From Scyliorhinus canicula (Eukaryota), in assembly GCF_902713615.1 (NCBI RefSeq), contig NC_052171.1, positions 20,248,324-20,312,323 on the forward strand: DNA of 64,000 bases, written 5' to 3'. The notes beneath the pieces are model-generated. The model saw only the letters and a list, made by a program, of their open reading frames with translations. It searched no databases and was not told the DNA's origin. This document shows, piece by piece, positions 37,135 to 50,889 of the stretch. The position numbers were made by a program, and so were the translations under genes. Every line of letters starts with the position of its first letter. Position 1 is the first letter of the stretch.

Positions 37135-37587
37135 TTGGCACCACTGCCTCACAGCGCCAAAGACCCGGGTTCAATTCCCCGCTGGGTCACTGTCTGTGCG
37201 GAGTCTGCACGTTCTCCCCGTGTGTGCGTGGGTTTCCCCCGGGTGCTCAGGTTTCCTCCCACGGTCCAAAGATGTGCAGGTTCGGTGGATTGGCCGTGAT
37301 CAATGCGCAGGGTGACAGGAATAGGGCAGGTGGAGCGCTCCTGGGTCGGAACAACATCTCGGTCAACCTCTTCTCCTTTTTGTTTCATAAATTTAGTGTA
37401 CCCAATTCATTTTTTCCCAATGAAGGGGCAATTTAGCGTGGCCAATCCACCTAGCCTTCTCATCTTTGGGTTGTGGGGGCGGAACCCACGCAGACACGGG
37501 GAGAATGTGCAAACTCCACACGGACAGTGACCCAGAGCCGGGATCGAACCTGGGACCTCGGCGCCGCGAGGCACTGTGCCACCCTGC
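37135..37587. mobile_element. Convergent V-SINE pair (+ ~37135-37310, - ~37385-37587)
   Basis: V-core in both orientations. Confidence 0.8.
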
Positions 37588-38139
37588 CAACCTCCTCCCC
37601 AGATAACCCAATCCATCACACCTCTCCCGAGCCTCCACCGGCTGGAAGGGGAAAGACCCCAGCTTCCCCACCCAACCCAACCCACCCCTGGGCACCTTTC
37701 CTGGTGTGACGTCCGTGGGTTTGGGGGGGGGGGGGCGCGGCGAGAAAGGGGAAGAGGGCCCGAATGGCCTCGTTGGCGGGGTTTTACGGGAGGACCGGGT
37801 TTTGGGGGGGGGGGGGTGGTCACAGAGACGGGGTGGGGGGGTCAGGAGAGCGAGAATCTGCAGTTGGATCCCCAGTCTGTACAGCAGGAGAGTGGGGGAA
37901 GGGTATTCAGCCCATTGAGCCCATGCTAGCCCTCCCCCCAGCTGGGGGCAGCTTTGTACAGGAGTGATGGAGGGGGTGGGGATGGGGGATGGGGGTGGGG
38001 GGGTTTAGAGGAAGGGGGACGCTGGGCAGTGCTGGGTTGTTGTTTGGGGGTGGGGGGTACACAAGGTGACATCCCCCCCAAAATGGGGGTAGTCCCTCCT
38101 TCCCCCCCCCCACCCCGGGTCTCCCGCTCCATCCCCCCC

Positions 38140-38320
38140 CCCGTTAACCGGGACCCCCAGCCGGCGGCAGCGGCATCCCCCTCCTCCCGCCGCCCTCCGC
38201 CTGCACTCACCGGCTCGCTCCCCCGGCAACCGCGACGTGGCAGCAAGAGCAGACCCGGCGCTCGGTCCTCCCGCCACAGCGCCACCCGCAGCTCGGGAGC
38301 GCCACTGCAGCCCTCAACCT
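38140..38320 (-). promoter_or_regulatory. PLPP5: CpG-rich patch: probable PLPP5 promoter and non-coding exon 1 (donor at 38211|38210)
   Basis: Dense CpG, GC boxes (GGGCGG on minus), CCG|gtgagt donor on minus; the ATG exon has an acceptor and needs an upstream exon. Confidence 0.65.
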
Positions 38321-39976
38321 CCAGCCAGCCTGGTCCTCCCTGTCTGTCCATGCACTGTCACCAACTTACCCCCCCCCCCCCAATCATACACACTCTTTGA
38401 CTTCAACCACTCCTTACCCCGCCCCCCCAAAAACAAAACTGGAATTTCCCCCCCCAACTTTTCAAACACCCTTAAAAACCTAGCCCCTTTCATCTGTCGA
38501 TGGGCCGAGTGGCCTGTTCCCTTCCCAGGCTCCTGGTTTTCTTGTGTGCTCCTCTCTCCCCCCCCCCCCCCCCCCCGCACATCACGCGGCTCGTTCCAAT
38601 GTCGGATCTTGTCTCGGGACCTGGGCACGTCATCCCAACATCGCTCCAGCTTTCATTCGGCCACCACCTTCACCATCAACCCCCCCCCCCCCCCCAGACA
38701 CTTGGCAGGAGGGTGGTCAAACGCAATTTCACACCGGGCCGCGCAATGCTCGGGGTGGGGGCGAATCGAAGAGAACACCTCGTCAAACGGGCGGATTTTA
38801 AGGGACGTCTTACAGGCCGAAGGGAAGACTTGGAGAGATCGGCGAATCGCCACAGTGCGGAAGAAGATATTCGACCCATCGAGTCTGCACCGACCCTCCG
38901 AAAGAGCGCCCAACCTGGGACTACTCCCCCACCCTATAACCTGTAACCCCCATCTTAGCCTGCACATCTCTGAATTGTGGGAGGAAGCCGGAGCACCCGG
39001 GGAGACGTGCAAAACTCGACGCAGACAGTTGACCCAAGCCGGAATTGAACCCGGGTCCCTGGCTCTGGGAGGCAGCAGTGCTAACCACCATGCCAGAGGG
39101 AATTACAGAACTGAGGCTCCAGGCAGCTGAAGACACAGCCACTATAATCGTTGAAAGGTTCAACACGTGGCAATTAACGTCACAAGGTGTGAACCGGATA
39201 CAGTTCAGCTGGTGGAGTGCCATGGGGGCCATTGTCCCTCCTTCACCTGAATGTGTATCTGCAAAGTGAACAGACCCATTGCTTTCACAACTGTTCACAA
39301 TCTGCGTCAATTGTGATGCTCGCCCTTAACATTTATACAATCGAAAATTTCAACACCAAGTCCTTATTTTGCGTGATTCTGTGACAATGATAATGATAAA
39401 AGTCATCTGTTTCCCTGGGTGGCCAGACAGGCTGAATGAGTGTGTCCAGCACTTTGTGGTGTTTTTTCCGATCTCAGGTATCCATACAGGATTTTAATTT
39501 CCTTCCTTGGCGTTGCTTCCTCCAGTCCTCACCCTGCAGTCTCCATTTCACAGTCCACTTCCCTGACACAACACATTGCTCTGTCACATTGCAGACCAGG
39601 TGACTTACGGTGCCACAGGTTCAGTGGGAGAGAGGAAAGAACCGGCGAGTAAAATGTCAGGAAAGGCTGGGCCAGTTTTAATGGAAACAAGTTGGGCAAT
39701 GCACGGATCCGTGCTCAATACTCTGAACGGGTTTGGCTGGAGTTACCAATTGGCAATGGAGCAGCAATATAACGATTGTCCGCAGACAGATAAAATGTCC
39801 TTGAAGCCCATTGTAAAGGAGTTGTATCATTTACTGACCTCGCCCATCCTTTCCTCCTGTACATTTACTTTGCTGTGTGGACCACGTTTATCAGAAGGGT
39901 GCCGTGGGTGGCTATTAGAAAGCAGAGGAAGATAAACCAGAATGGGGGATTGCTCTCATGAAGAAAAGGCCACGTT

Positions 39977-41190
39977 TCATAAGAACCAGGAGCAGGAGTA
40001 GGCCATTTGGCCCCTCGAGCCTGCTCCACCATTCAATAAGCTATTGGCCGGTCTTTTTGTGGACTCAGCTCCACTTACCCGCCCGCTCACCGTAACCCAT
40101 GATTCCTTTACTGTTCAAAAATCTGTCTGCCTTTGCCTTAAAAACATTTAACCAGGTAGCCTCAACTGCTTCACTGGGCAGGGACTTCACAAGATTCACA
40201 ACCCTTTGGGTGAAGAAGTTCCTCCTAAACTCAGTCCTAAATCTACTTCCCCTTATTTTGAGGCTATGCCCCCTAGTTCTGCTTTCACCCGCCAGTGGAA
40301 ACCTCCCTGCTTCTATCCTATTTATTCCCTTCATAATTTTATTTATTTCTATAAGATCCCCCTCTCATTCTTCTAAATTCCAATGAGTATGGCCCCAGTC
40401 TACTCAGTCTCTCCTCATTAGCTAATCCTCTCAACTCCGGAATCAACCTGGTGAATCTCCTCTGTACCCCCTCCAGGGCCAGTGCATCCTTTCTGAAGGA
40501 AGGAGACCGAAACTGTGCACAGTGCTCCAGGTGTCCAGTGCTTTAGGCCTCACGGTAGCATGGTGGTTAGCATCAATGCTTCACAGCTCCAGGGTCCCAG
40601 GTTCGATTCCTGGCTGGGTCACTGTCTGTGTGGAGTCTGCACGTCCTCCCCGTGTGTGCGTGGGTTTCCTCCGGGTGCTCCGGTTTCCTCCCACAGTCCA
40701 AAGATGTGCGGGTTAGGTGGATTGGCCATGCTAAATTGCCCATAGTGTAAGGTTAATGGGGGGGGATTGTTGGGTTACGGGTATACGGGTTACGTGGGTT
40801 TAAGTAGGGTGATCATTGCTCGGCACAACATCGAGGGCCGAAGGGCCTGTTCTGTGCTGTACTGTTCTATGTTCTATGTGTGGCCTCACCAGCACCCTGT
40901 ACAGCTGCAACATAACCTCTCTGCTTTTAAACTCTATCCCTCTAGCAATGGAGGACAAAGTTCCATTTACCTTCCGAATTACCTGCTGCACCTGCAAACC
41001 AACTTTTTGCGATACATTCACAAGGACACCCAGGTCCCTCTGCACAGCAGCATGCTAAATTTTTTTACCGTTTAATAATCGTCCATTTTGCTGTTTTTCC
41101 TCCCAAAATGGATGACCTCACTTTTACCAACATTGAACTCCATCTGCCAGACCCTTTCCCACTCACTTAAACTATCTATAATCCCTCTGC
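39977..41190 (-). mobile_element. CR1 3' fragment interrupted by a full V-SINE (+, ~40551-40877)
   Basis: WQMEFNVGKSEVIHFG, QRDLGVLV, FFTQRVVNL; same family as 2567-3800. Confidence 0.88.
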
Positions 41191-41794
41191 AGGGTTCATT
41201 TGACGCATCCTCTGTAACGTTACACAGAATACAGTAACATTGGAGTTGTTGACCCATCAACCTCGATCAATTGGTCCCTCACAGCCCAACGGGATAATTA
41301 AATCACAGAAACAAGGTGCTCTGATTCCAAACGTTAGGTGGATTGGATATGCTAAATTGGGTAGGGTTACAAGGATAGGGTGGGGACTGGTCCTCGGTTA
41401 GGGATGCTCTTTCGGAGGGTCGGTGCAGCCACGATGGGCCGAATGGCCTCCTTCTGCACTGTCGGTTTTGCCACTCTGCTGCATGCCCTTGCTTGCCTTG
41501 GGTTTCCTGGTGTTGGTCTCCACTACCCCTTTGCACTCCACCCATTTTCTCTACTCCTCCCTTCACTGGCCAGGACCCAAACAGATCTAATGAACAAATC
41601 AATTATTGTTTGTCAACAGTGTAGCAATCCTCCCAACCTGCTCGTGGCTTCTGAGGAACTCCCTGAACACTATTTTGGGGTTTAACGTCAACCTTTCTTG
41701 AATCTCAACCCTGAATGCTTCTTTATGTTTCTCATCGAGAGACAGAGAGAGAGAGAGAAACAAATCAAAACTTCTGATCTTCCTTTCCATTTAA

Positions 41795-42075
41795 TAAAAA
41801 TAATAATCGCCTTTATCAGTGTCACAAGTAGGCTTACATTAACACTGCAATGAAGTTACTGGTCAGGTACACAGAGGGAGAATTCAGCATGTTTAAGTCA
41901 CCCAACAAGCACGCCTTTCGGGACTTGTGGGAGGAAACCGGAGCACCCGGAAGAAACCCACGCAGACACGAGGAGAACGTGCAGACTCTGCACAGACAGT
42001 GACCCAAGCCGGGAATCGAACCCGAGACCCTAGCGCTGCAAAGCCACAGTGCTAACCACTGTGCTACCGTGCTGC
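41795..42075 (-). mobile_element. Mosaic SINE: V-SINE head/core joined to the tail type of the 10378 family
   Basis: Minus strand ends ...cagtaacttcattgcagtgttaatgtaagcctacttgtgaca...gcgattattatt; similar copy at ~46735-47425. Confidence 0.7.
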
Positions 42076-42104
42076 ACAAAGACATAAAGCGGCAGACTTG
42101 GTGC

Positions 42105-42612
42105 TGTCTGTTTCCTTATTGTGCCTTGGACACCAACGGCTGTGGCCGGTCGTGAGTCGCCACGCCATCAAGGTGGCTGATCTTAATTGGATCGATCAGG
42201 GTGATGGGGCCCTGACCGATGGATTGGGTATTCACCTGGGACCGCCTGGGACACCTGGGGATAAAAGGTGCTGCGCAGCCCACCACTCGCTCTCTCGACT
42301 GCCAACAACAACGGTGACCCTTCACCGGCCAAGAGGAAGACCATTCACGCCATCGACGGAAGGGCCAGTGCCAAGGAGACACGACCAGCAACAAACTTCC
42401 AACACTGCTGGACTGCAGACTCCAGATAAAGGCCCAGTACTTGCCTGTACACTGGAAGTTCATTTACGGTTTTTCTTGTATGTATCAGCTTACGGTTCAA
42501 CTTGCATGTGTGTGATTGATTAACGTTAACGATTGTGTACTTGTGAATAAAGTATATTATTGTCCCGAACAACTTGTGGTCATTTGTCCATCGTATACGG
42601 GTTAAAGACACA
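42105..42612 (+). mobile_element. Possible solo LTR
   Basis: GATAAAA TATA-like at ~42260, AATAAA at ~42546, ends ...GACACA; no TSD found. Confidence 0.35.
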
Positions 42613-45600
42613 CTGTGGTTTCAGCAAGCTCCCTTGCACTTTCCACCTCTCTGGTCTTTGACTCTGAAGAGCCGGAATTAAATTCGCACCTCGAGGGTTT
42701 GACCATCAACAGGAAGAAGTCAGGATGAGGAAATTGATCAACCGCCGACCTTACCTGGCACTGACTCAAAGGCGTGCGAAAGCGAGTCAATCCCTGGCAA
42801 GAATTGAAGTGCTTGTTGAAGATGACAGAGGGGGGAAATCCTGGAGGGAGGCAGAAAGCTGTCACGGGGTGACTTGGCTTTGATGTTTCCAAAATGAAGG
42901 GAGTGAGAAACAAAGGGCAGGGCGGGGGGGGAAGCAAATGAGGAAGAAGCAAATTCTCCAGCTCAGGCCCTGCCCAGGGGCTGTCAGGTTTCCCCACGAT
43001 GTCACAGAGGCAGGACACCATGATGTCAGTCCCAGCTCGTGTGTCTATCACAATGAGCAGGATCAGCAGGAAAGGGTTCGAGTAATGTGGGCTGGCTCTC
43101 TCTCTCACACACACAGCTAGGCTCTCTCTGTCACTCTCAGTGATCACAGAGTGCAACAACTAATCGTTCCTTTTTGAGAAGGGTGCATCTGGCTGCCAGC
43201 AGTGACACGCCAGCAGTCACTTTACTCCCCACCCCCCACACAACCCTCCCCACACACACCCACCCCACGTGCGACCCCACCCCCGTCACGATGCAGCTCA
43301 TTCAGCCCACCCCCAGCCTGATAAGAGGGTGTAACATTCCACAGACCCCAGTCGACGTGCTCGCAGAATCCCCACCGTTCTGAAGGAGGCCATTCGGCCC
43401 ATCGAGTCTGCACCGACCCTCCGAAAGAGGACCCTACCTCGGACCAATCACCTGTCCTCTCCCCGTAACCCCTCATGCCCGGGTCCATTTCGTGACCCTG
43501 AATACTTACGCCCAAAGCAAAAGTTTTTGGAATGAGCAAACAGGGTTAAATTCGGCTCTGAGCTCAGTCCACGGGCAAAACCAAATCCCTTTCAGTATCA
43601 GGGTTGAAGACGTTGTGAAACATGACGGCGGTACGAGCAGCACGGTGGCCAAGTGGTTAGCACTGCTGCCTCACGGCGCTGAGGACCCGGGTTCGATCTT
43701 GGCCCCAGGTCACCATCCGTGTACAGTTTGCACCTTCTCCCCGTTCCTGCGTGGGTCTCACCCCCACAACCCAAAGATGTGCAGGGTCGGTGACACTGGA
43801 CAGATGGTAGATTACAGAAGCCACCCACATTATGTGCAATGGCGGTGAACAGGGCAGATGTGATTTCGGGCCATGTAGCCAAAGGGATGAACAAAATTGA
43901 CGCACAGCAAAAGACCCAGTTGATCCATCAAGCTTTCCCCCACATCCTGATGATTGGACACCTCTCCTCTCGGGGGCACAGCTCCCCTGAACTCGGGGAG
44001 GGGGGGGGGACCCTCAGTTGAATATAAACCCCCCCCCCCCCCCCACCTGGAGCAGGTTGACCCCCTCGGGGAGTGGAAACTTATTGTGTATCGAATAACC
44101 GAAGTTATTGTTTACTCCCCGCAGGTTCAAGCGTGCAGATTGTACAATGTAGGACCTTCAATGAGGCAGAAGATCCCAATGATGCTTCACAGGAGTGACA
44201 GTATTGACGCTGGGCTGTGCGGAATGGAGCAATCTCAGATATATTGTATTGTAAGCACTTGATACAGTGAGATTTAAACGCCTGGAATAGCGTGTGTTTG
44301 ACTGCTGCAGGAGTGTTTCCAAAAATGTTGAAAGTTCCCAGTTACGGGTTATTGTGTGACTGTTGATCAGCATTAATGGGGAATTAATAGTCATCTATGT
44401 TCTGATGTGATGTTTTTTTTATAAATTTAGAGTACCCAATTAAGGGCCCATTTAGCATGGCCAATCCCACCTGCCCTGCACATCTTTGGGTTGTGGGGGT
44501 GAGACCCACGCAGACACGGGGAGAATGTGCAAACTCCACACGGGCAATGACCCAGAGCCGGGATCGAACCTGGGACCTCGGCGCCATGAGGCAGCAGTGC
44601 TAACCCACTGTGCCACCGTGTTGCCCCTGGTGTGATGTTAAAGATCTTTTAACACTGTGTTAGTAGTAAAGTTTGTTTAAATATACCATATTTAGGGCTG
44701 GTTTAGCACAGGGCTAAATCGCTGGCTTTGAAAGCAGACCAAGGCAGGCCAGTAGCATGGGTTCAATTCCCCTACCAACCTCCCCGAACAGGCGCTGGAA
44801 TGTGGCGACGAGGGGCTTTTCACAGTAACTTCATTTGAAGCCTACTTGTGACAATAAGTGATTTTTTTCTTTTTTTTTGAAGAATAAAGGGATTAAGGGT
44901 TATGGTGTTCGGGCCGGAAAGTGGAGCTGAGTCCACAAAAGATCAGCCATGATCTAATTGAATGGCGGAGCAGGCTCGAGGGGCCAGATGGCCTACTCCT
45001 GCTCCTAGTTCTTATGTTCTTATGTTCTTATATCCGTTAGTGAAATCACTCCCTGAGTGAGGAACGCTTTCCACACAGTCTGACAAAATTAAAATAAAAT
45101 ATCGGAGTTTCGGTCCAGTGTTCTCGACACTGCTGGGGCCTGGTCCAGTAACAGAACCACATAGAGAGATGATCAAATGTTTGGAACGGTGATAGGTTTC
45201 AAAGAGCGTCCTGCGGAAGGACAGCTGGAGGTGTTGTGTGTGTGTGTGTGTGCGGAGGGGAGGTGGGGGTGTGGATTTTTGGAGCTCAGGGTCAAGGCTG
45301 TCGGCAGGGCAGGGGGATTAAAATAAGAGGTGCCCAGGAGACCAAATCTGGAGCAGGGCAGAAGCCTTGGAGGCTCGTGGTGCAAGAGGGTGATGCAGAA
45401 ACAGGGAAGAGTGAGGTCTCGGAGGGTTTGAACACAAAGAGGGCAGGGTTACAATTGATGGGATGCTGTGTCCCCGAGCGCAGAGGAGATGGGTGTACCT
45501 CCAGTCCAGGCAGGTTGGTCAATGGAAGGCTGGCCACGAGTGAATTAGAACAGTCACGCCGAGAAGGAGACGATGGCAGGGGTGTTGGGTTTAGGCAGCA

Positions 45601-46784
45601 GCAACTGAGCTGAAACAGGGGCAGAGAGAGGTAACATTACAGAGGACGCGTCAAACATGGGGCCTTTCATTGCTCAGGTCAGCTGGTGGTCTTGGACTGA
45701 GAGAGGATGTCACGGCCCTTTGTCACTGCCGTAAGCATAACCTTGTTCGGAATTCTCTCTGTGGGAACAATGTGGTTGTTGTTTCCAGAGCCTTCAGCCT
45801 GTCACCATTTGTCAATTGGGTACATCGAGTCCCATCTCCCAAGGGCAGCACCAACAGATAGTGAGGGGGAATGGACAGCAGGGTTAAACAGGCCGGCTTC
45901 AGTTAGTTGGCCACTGTGAAGGTCTCCTTTCTGTTTGCGTCAGTGTGCTGTTTCATCTGGCTTCTGACAGTGAACATCTGTTAGGTTGAGGAGGCAGACC
46001 GATCGGAAAGGTGGGCTCCAGCAGTTCTATTCAGGATTATACAGAGGCTAAAGATTTTTCAAAAGTGCGAAAGTGTCAGTCAGGGAAGAGAAATACTTGG
46101 TGGCGGCACGGTGGCGCAGTGGTTAGCGCTGCGACCTCACGGCGCCCAGGACCCGGGTTCGATCCCAGCTCTGGGTCACAGTCCGTGTGGAGTTTGCACA
46201 TTCTCACCGTGTCTGCGTGGGTTTCACCCCCCCCCCCCCCACAACCCAAAGAGGTACAGGGTGGGTGGATTGGCCAGGCTAAATTGCCCCCCCCCGAATT
46301 GGTAAAAAAAAAGAATTGGAAACTCTAAATTTATTTTTTATAAAGAAGAGAAATAGTTGGCCTCTCAAACACTGGAAAAGAAACAAATGCTTGTGTCTCA
46401 AGACATCTCCGATTGCTTTCTGAAGTGTAGCCGCTGCCGGAATGTCGGGAACACCGAGGGTAACTGGTGCACAGGAAGCTCCCACGACAGCAACGCGAGC
46501 CTGAGCAAGTCTGTGTTCCGGTGATGTTGCTTGAGGGGGTACAATGTGGGCAGAACACCAAGGAGAAATCCCCTGCCACCTTGGAACTAACGCAGTGGAA
46601 TGATTTACAATCTATCCGGGAGAGGGGATGTGGGGCAGGAATCTCTGGGCCCCCAGCTGTGTTTGCAATATTCTGTATGTTAACAGCAAGACTTTATTCA
46701 CTATCAGTAGCTGCATACATACATAATAATAATCTTTATTATTGTCACAAGTGGGCTTACATTAACACTGCAATGAGGTTATAA

Positions 46785-47272
46785 AGAACAAGAAGAACAA
46801 AGAAAAATTACAGCACAGGAACAGGCCCTTCGGCCCTCCAAGCCTGCGCCGATCCAGATCCTCTATCTAAAACCGTCGCCTATTTTCTCAGGATCTGTAT
46901 CCCTCTGCTCCCTGCCCATTCATGTATCTGTCTGGATACATCTTAAATGATGCTATCGTGCCCGCCTCTACCACCTCCGCCGGCAATGCGTTCCAGGCAG
47001 CCACCACCCTCTGCGTAAAGAACTTTCCACGTATATCTCACTGAAACGTTTCCCCTCTCACCTTGAACTCGTGACCCCCAGTAATTGAGCCCCCACTCTG
47101 GGAAAAAGCTTCTTGCTATCCACCCTGACTATTCTGTGCTGTATTTCTCTATGATATGATACCTCTCATGATTTTGTAGACCTCAATGAGGTCCCCCCTC
47201 AACCTCCGTCTTTCTAATGAAAATTATCCTGACCTACTCAACCTCTCTTCATAGCTAGCGCCCTCCATACCA
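46785..47272 (-). mobile_element. CR1 3' fragment inserted into a SINE
   Basis: Flanked by GCAATG(A/T)GGTTA duplication; (AAGAACA)n tail. Confidence 0.75.
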
Positions 47273-50200
47273 GGCAATGTGGTTACTGTTACTGTGTCAA
47301 TCCCCTAGTTGCCACATTTCGGCGCCTGTTCGGGTACACAGAGGGAGCATTCAGAATGTCCAATGTCCCCAACAGCACGTCTTTCGGGATTTGTGGGAGG
47401 AAACTGGAGCCCCCGGAGGAAACTCGGGTCATGTACCTTCTGACATTACTGTGTGGGCAGTACTCTGCACACATTAACCCTGTATACACCAGACCCCTCC
47501 GCCATCAACCCGGCGAGAAGATTCTGGTAACCACAGCGGCAGCTGCAAGGACGAGGGAGTTCCAAGACACGTGTTGAAGCTGAGCGGAGTCTCAGACCAT
47601 CAGCTTACAGAAATGCCGCTGACCGTTTCTTCCGACAGCCCCCATGTTGTCCTGTGCAGGGCTGTACACCGGCCAGTTACTTCCCATTTGGCAACGGTCA
47701 AATTCAGATTGGTCAAAACGCATGCTGCGTGGAAACACCAAGGCTAAGAGGGGCGAATTAGTCTGAGGTCAGCTGCAGGAAAGCTCAGCAACAACACACC
47801 TGCGACCTCAATCCCACAGCGATTTGGGCTGAGCACCAACTACTGCGAGGCGGTAAACAATGTTTCTCGAGATGGTGTCTCACACATTGACGTTGCAATA
47901 GCAGAGCGCAGGGGCAGCACGGTGGCCTAGTGGTTAGCACAACCGCCTCACGGCGCTGAGGTCCCAGGTTCGATCCCGGCTCTGGGTCACTGTCCGTGTG
48001 GAGTTTGCACGTTCTCCCCGTGTCTGCGTGGGTTTCGCCCCCACAACCCAAAAATGTGCAGAGTAGGTGAATTGGCCACGCTAAATTGCCCCTTAATTGG
48101 AAAAAATAATTGGGTAATCTAAATTTATAAAAAAAAAAGTAAGAGCAGAGCGTTTATGTTGTACGTTTATAGTATTTTCAGAGATTCCTCAGCAGCAGCC
48201 TAGAACAGGGGCATTTTAAGAGAATGCTTGCGTGACGTCACCTCAGACGATGTCATAAGCGTAGGTAACTGGCCAGTGCGACATCACAGCCTTTATTCAT
48301 CGCCCGCACAAAGTTCTTACTTTCTGTTCAACCTTCACAGCCTCCTGAAGTCAATCCTGTCAACACGACCAGGTTGAGACAGACAGATTTTTAACCAGTG
48401 AGGGAAGCGAGGGTGACGGGAATAAGGCGGGAAAGTAGAGTTGAGGATTATCACGTCAGATCAGCCGTGACCTCATTGAATGGCGGAGCAGACTCGATGG
48501 GCCGAATGGCCCTGCTTCTGCTTCCGCGTCATGTCCTGATGGTAGAGGCACCCATTTTGTTGCCGTGGCTTTGGGACCCCCTGGGAGTGTGAAAGGCTCA
48601 CACACCATCTCTTGTGCAGCTTCGAAGATGAAGCTTGATTTCGATCTGGATTCTTGCAATGGAGTTCGCTCCTTGAATACCAGTTGTCCTACTTTAATGG
48701 GATCTGCTGTTCACGATTTGCGAATGTGAATAAATCCTGCGCAACGTTCCTCTGAGCTCCTCTGAAGGGTAAATGGTTTCAAATACTGAAACGTCTTATC
48801 CGCGAATTATCACGGAGCCTTGCAAGCCCAAGTCATTGATATATATCATGAAATCGGCCGGGGCAGGGGTGGGAGGGAAGCTGGTGGGTTTGCTAACCCG
48901 TGTATGTGCCATTGCACCCCCCCCCCCCCCCCCCCCCCCCCCCCGCCCAACCTGAAACACACTGGCAGGGGATTATAAAATCCATTCAAAATCTGCCTCT
49001 CTCTCCCCCCTCGTTACAGATACTGCCTGACCTGCGCAGAAGTTCCAACGTTTTCAGTCTGCATATCAGATTTTCCCCATCCACAGTATTTTGCTGGATT
49101 CAGCCAGTGAGTTCCATGGTCAATGCTGCCTGGAGGAGCCTTCATTAGCCAATTGAAGAATTCAAATCCATTGAACAGCGCAAAAGGGGGCCATTCGGTC
49201 CGTCAAGTCTGTGCTGACCCTCCGAAAGAGCGCCCTACCTCGGCCCACTCCCGTTGCCCTATCCCGCGTCACCCCACCTAACCTGTACATCTTGGACACT
49301 GAGGGCAATTTAGCGTGGCCAATCCACCTAACCCTGCTTCACCTTTGGACTGTGGGAGGAAACCGGAGCACCCGGAGGAAACCCACGCGGACACGGGGAG
49401 GACGTGATTGGACAAGTTACATCTAACCGATGCCTCAAGGGCGATTTACGAAAGTCCAGGAACACGTTGCGACCGGGACAAAACCGATGTTCGATCCTTG
49501 GCGACTCTCTCTGGCATTTAAGACAGTGCCTCACCCTGGACTGGCACTGAGGGTTTGACCGGGGCTATGTGCTCGAATCTCTGGAGTGGTGAACACACAG
49601 CTCTCTGACTCAGAGGCGGAGTGCTGACTGTGTGGAATTGGAGACGGGAAGAATTCTGTTCCCTCGCCTCTTGTCAGCAACCTCTGTCATAAAGGTGGTG
49701 TCGACCTGGATACCGAGGCCTGATGGAGGAGGCGCAAAGAACCCAAGGGTGTCACATCTGACAACATTATTGCAGCATTCCTTGAGGTGAAATCCATCTG
49801 CGAAAATCCCTCCAATGTCCTCATGAGAATGCGTGGGCGAGGAGTTCGAATGGATAAAATTAGCGCCACTGCTACAATGTCAAAGACTTGTTTATTTGCT
49901 GGAGTTGTATCTTTTAAACGGTTGACGAAGAGCAACGTTTTGTTTGCGACCACTGGTCAGATAAGGACCCAAGTGACAGTCAGGGATAAAAGCTGCAGAT
50001 ATTTAACGTTGATGATTTCGCCAAGCCCAATTCTGTCAGCACAGGGGGAGTGCAAAGTTGCAACTGAAGAGTTACTTCCAAAGCACTCAAGGACTCCACA
50101 TCACTGCCGCCTCCCGAAAACATACTGAAACTATCCAATCCTCCAGCGATCGAGTGGAATAGGATGTTAGAAGCTTGCACCTCCAAAGGAAGACGACTGC

Positions 50201-50339
50201 TACTTTGAAACCAAGGACGGCCAACCAATCTTGGAGATTGTATCGGTAAGTCGGGAGAGTGCCGTTGATGACATTTATTTTGGGGGGGGTTGAGGGGAAT
50301 GCCTGTAATGCTGACCTGTTACTGTGGCTGGTTTTTGCC

Positions 50340-50374
<35 letters not shown>

Positions 50375-50889
50375 GGCAGGATTCCCAGGCTCTGACCTGC
50401 TATTGTACCCACAGTATATATATATATGGTTAGGTCCAGTTAAGTTTCTGGTCAATGGTAATCCCCAGGATGATGCTAGTGGCGGATTCGGTGATGGTAA
50501 TGTCATTGAATGTCAAGGAGTGATATGCAGTTTGGCTTCTTTCGGTTTATTTGGACCACATGTTTCTTTCCGAGATTTGGGGTTCTTCGAGATTGGTAGC
50601 ACACTTGTAATGAATCTTCTTTGGTGACCTTGAGGATATTTTTTATTAATTGATGGGGTGTGGGTGACGTTGGTTGGACCAGCATTTATTGCCCATCCCT
50701 AGTGGCCCTTCAGAAGGTGGTGGGTGAGCTGTGTTCTTGAACCCGCTGCAGTCCCTGAGATGTAGGTACACCCACCGTGCTGTTAGGGAGGGAGTTCCAG
50801 GATGTTGCCCCAGCGACAGTGAAGGACGACAGGGTGGCATGTCACCTGGAGGGGAACCTCCAGACGATGGTGTTATTGTCAAACAACAT

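Noticed and set aside
37926-39130. ORFs of 141-297 aa over the GC-rich region
   Set aside because: Low-complexity, stop-poor GC-rich DNA plus SINE sequence; no domain motifs
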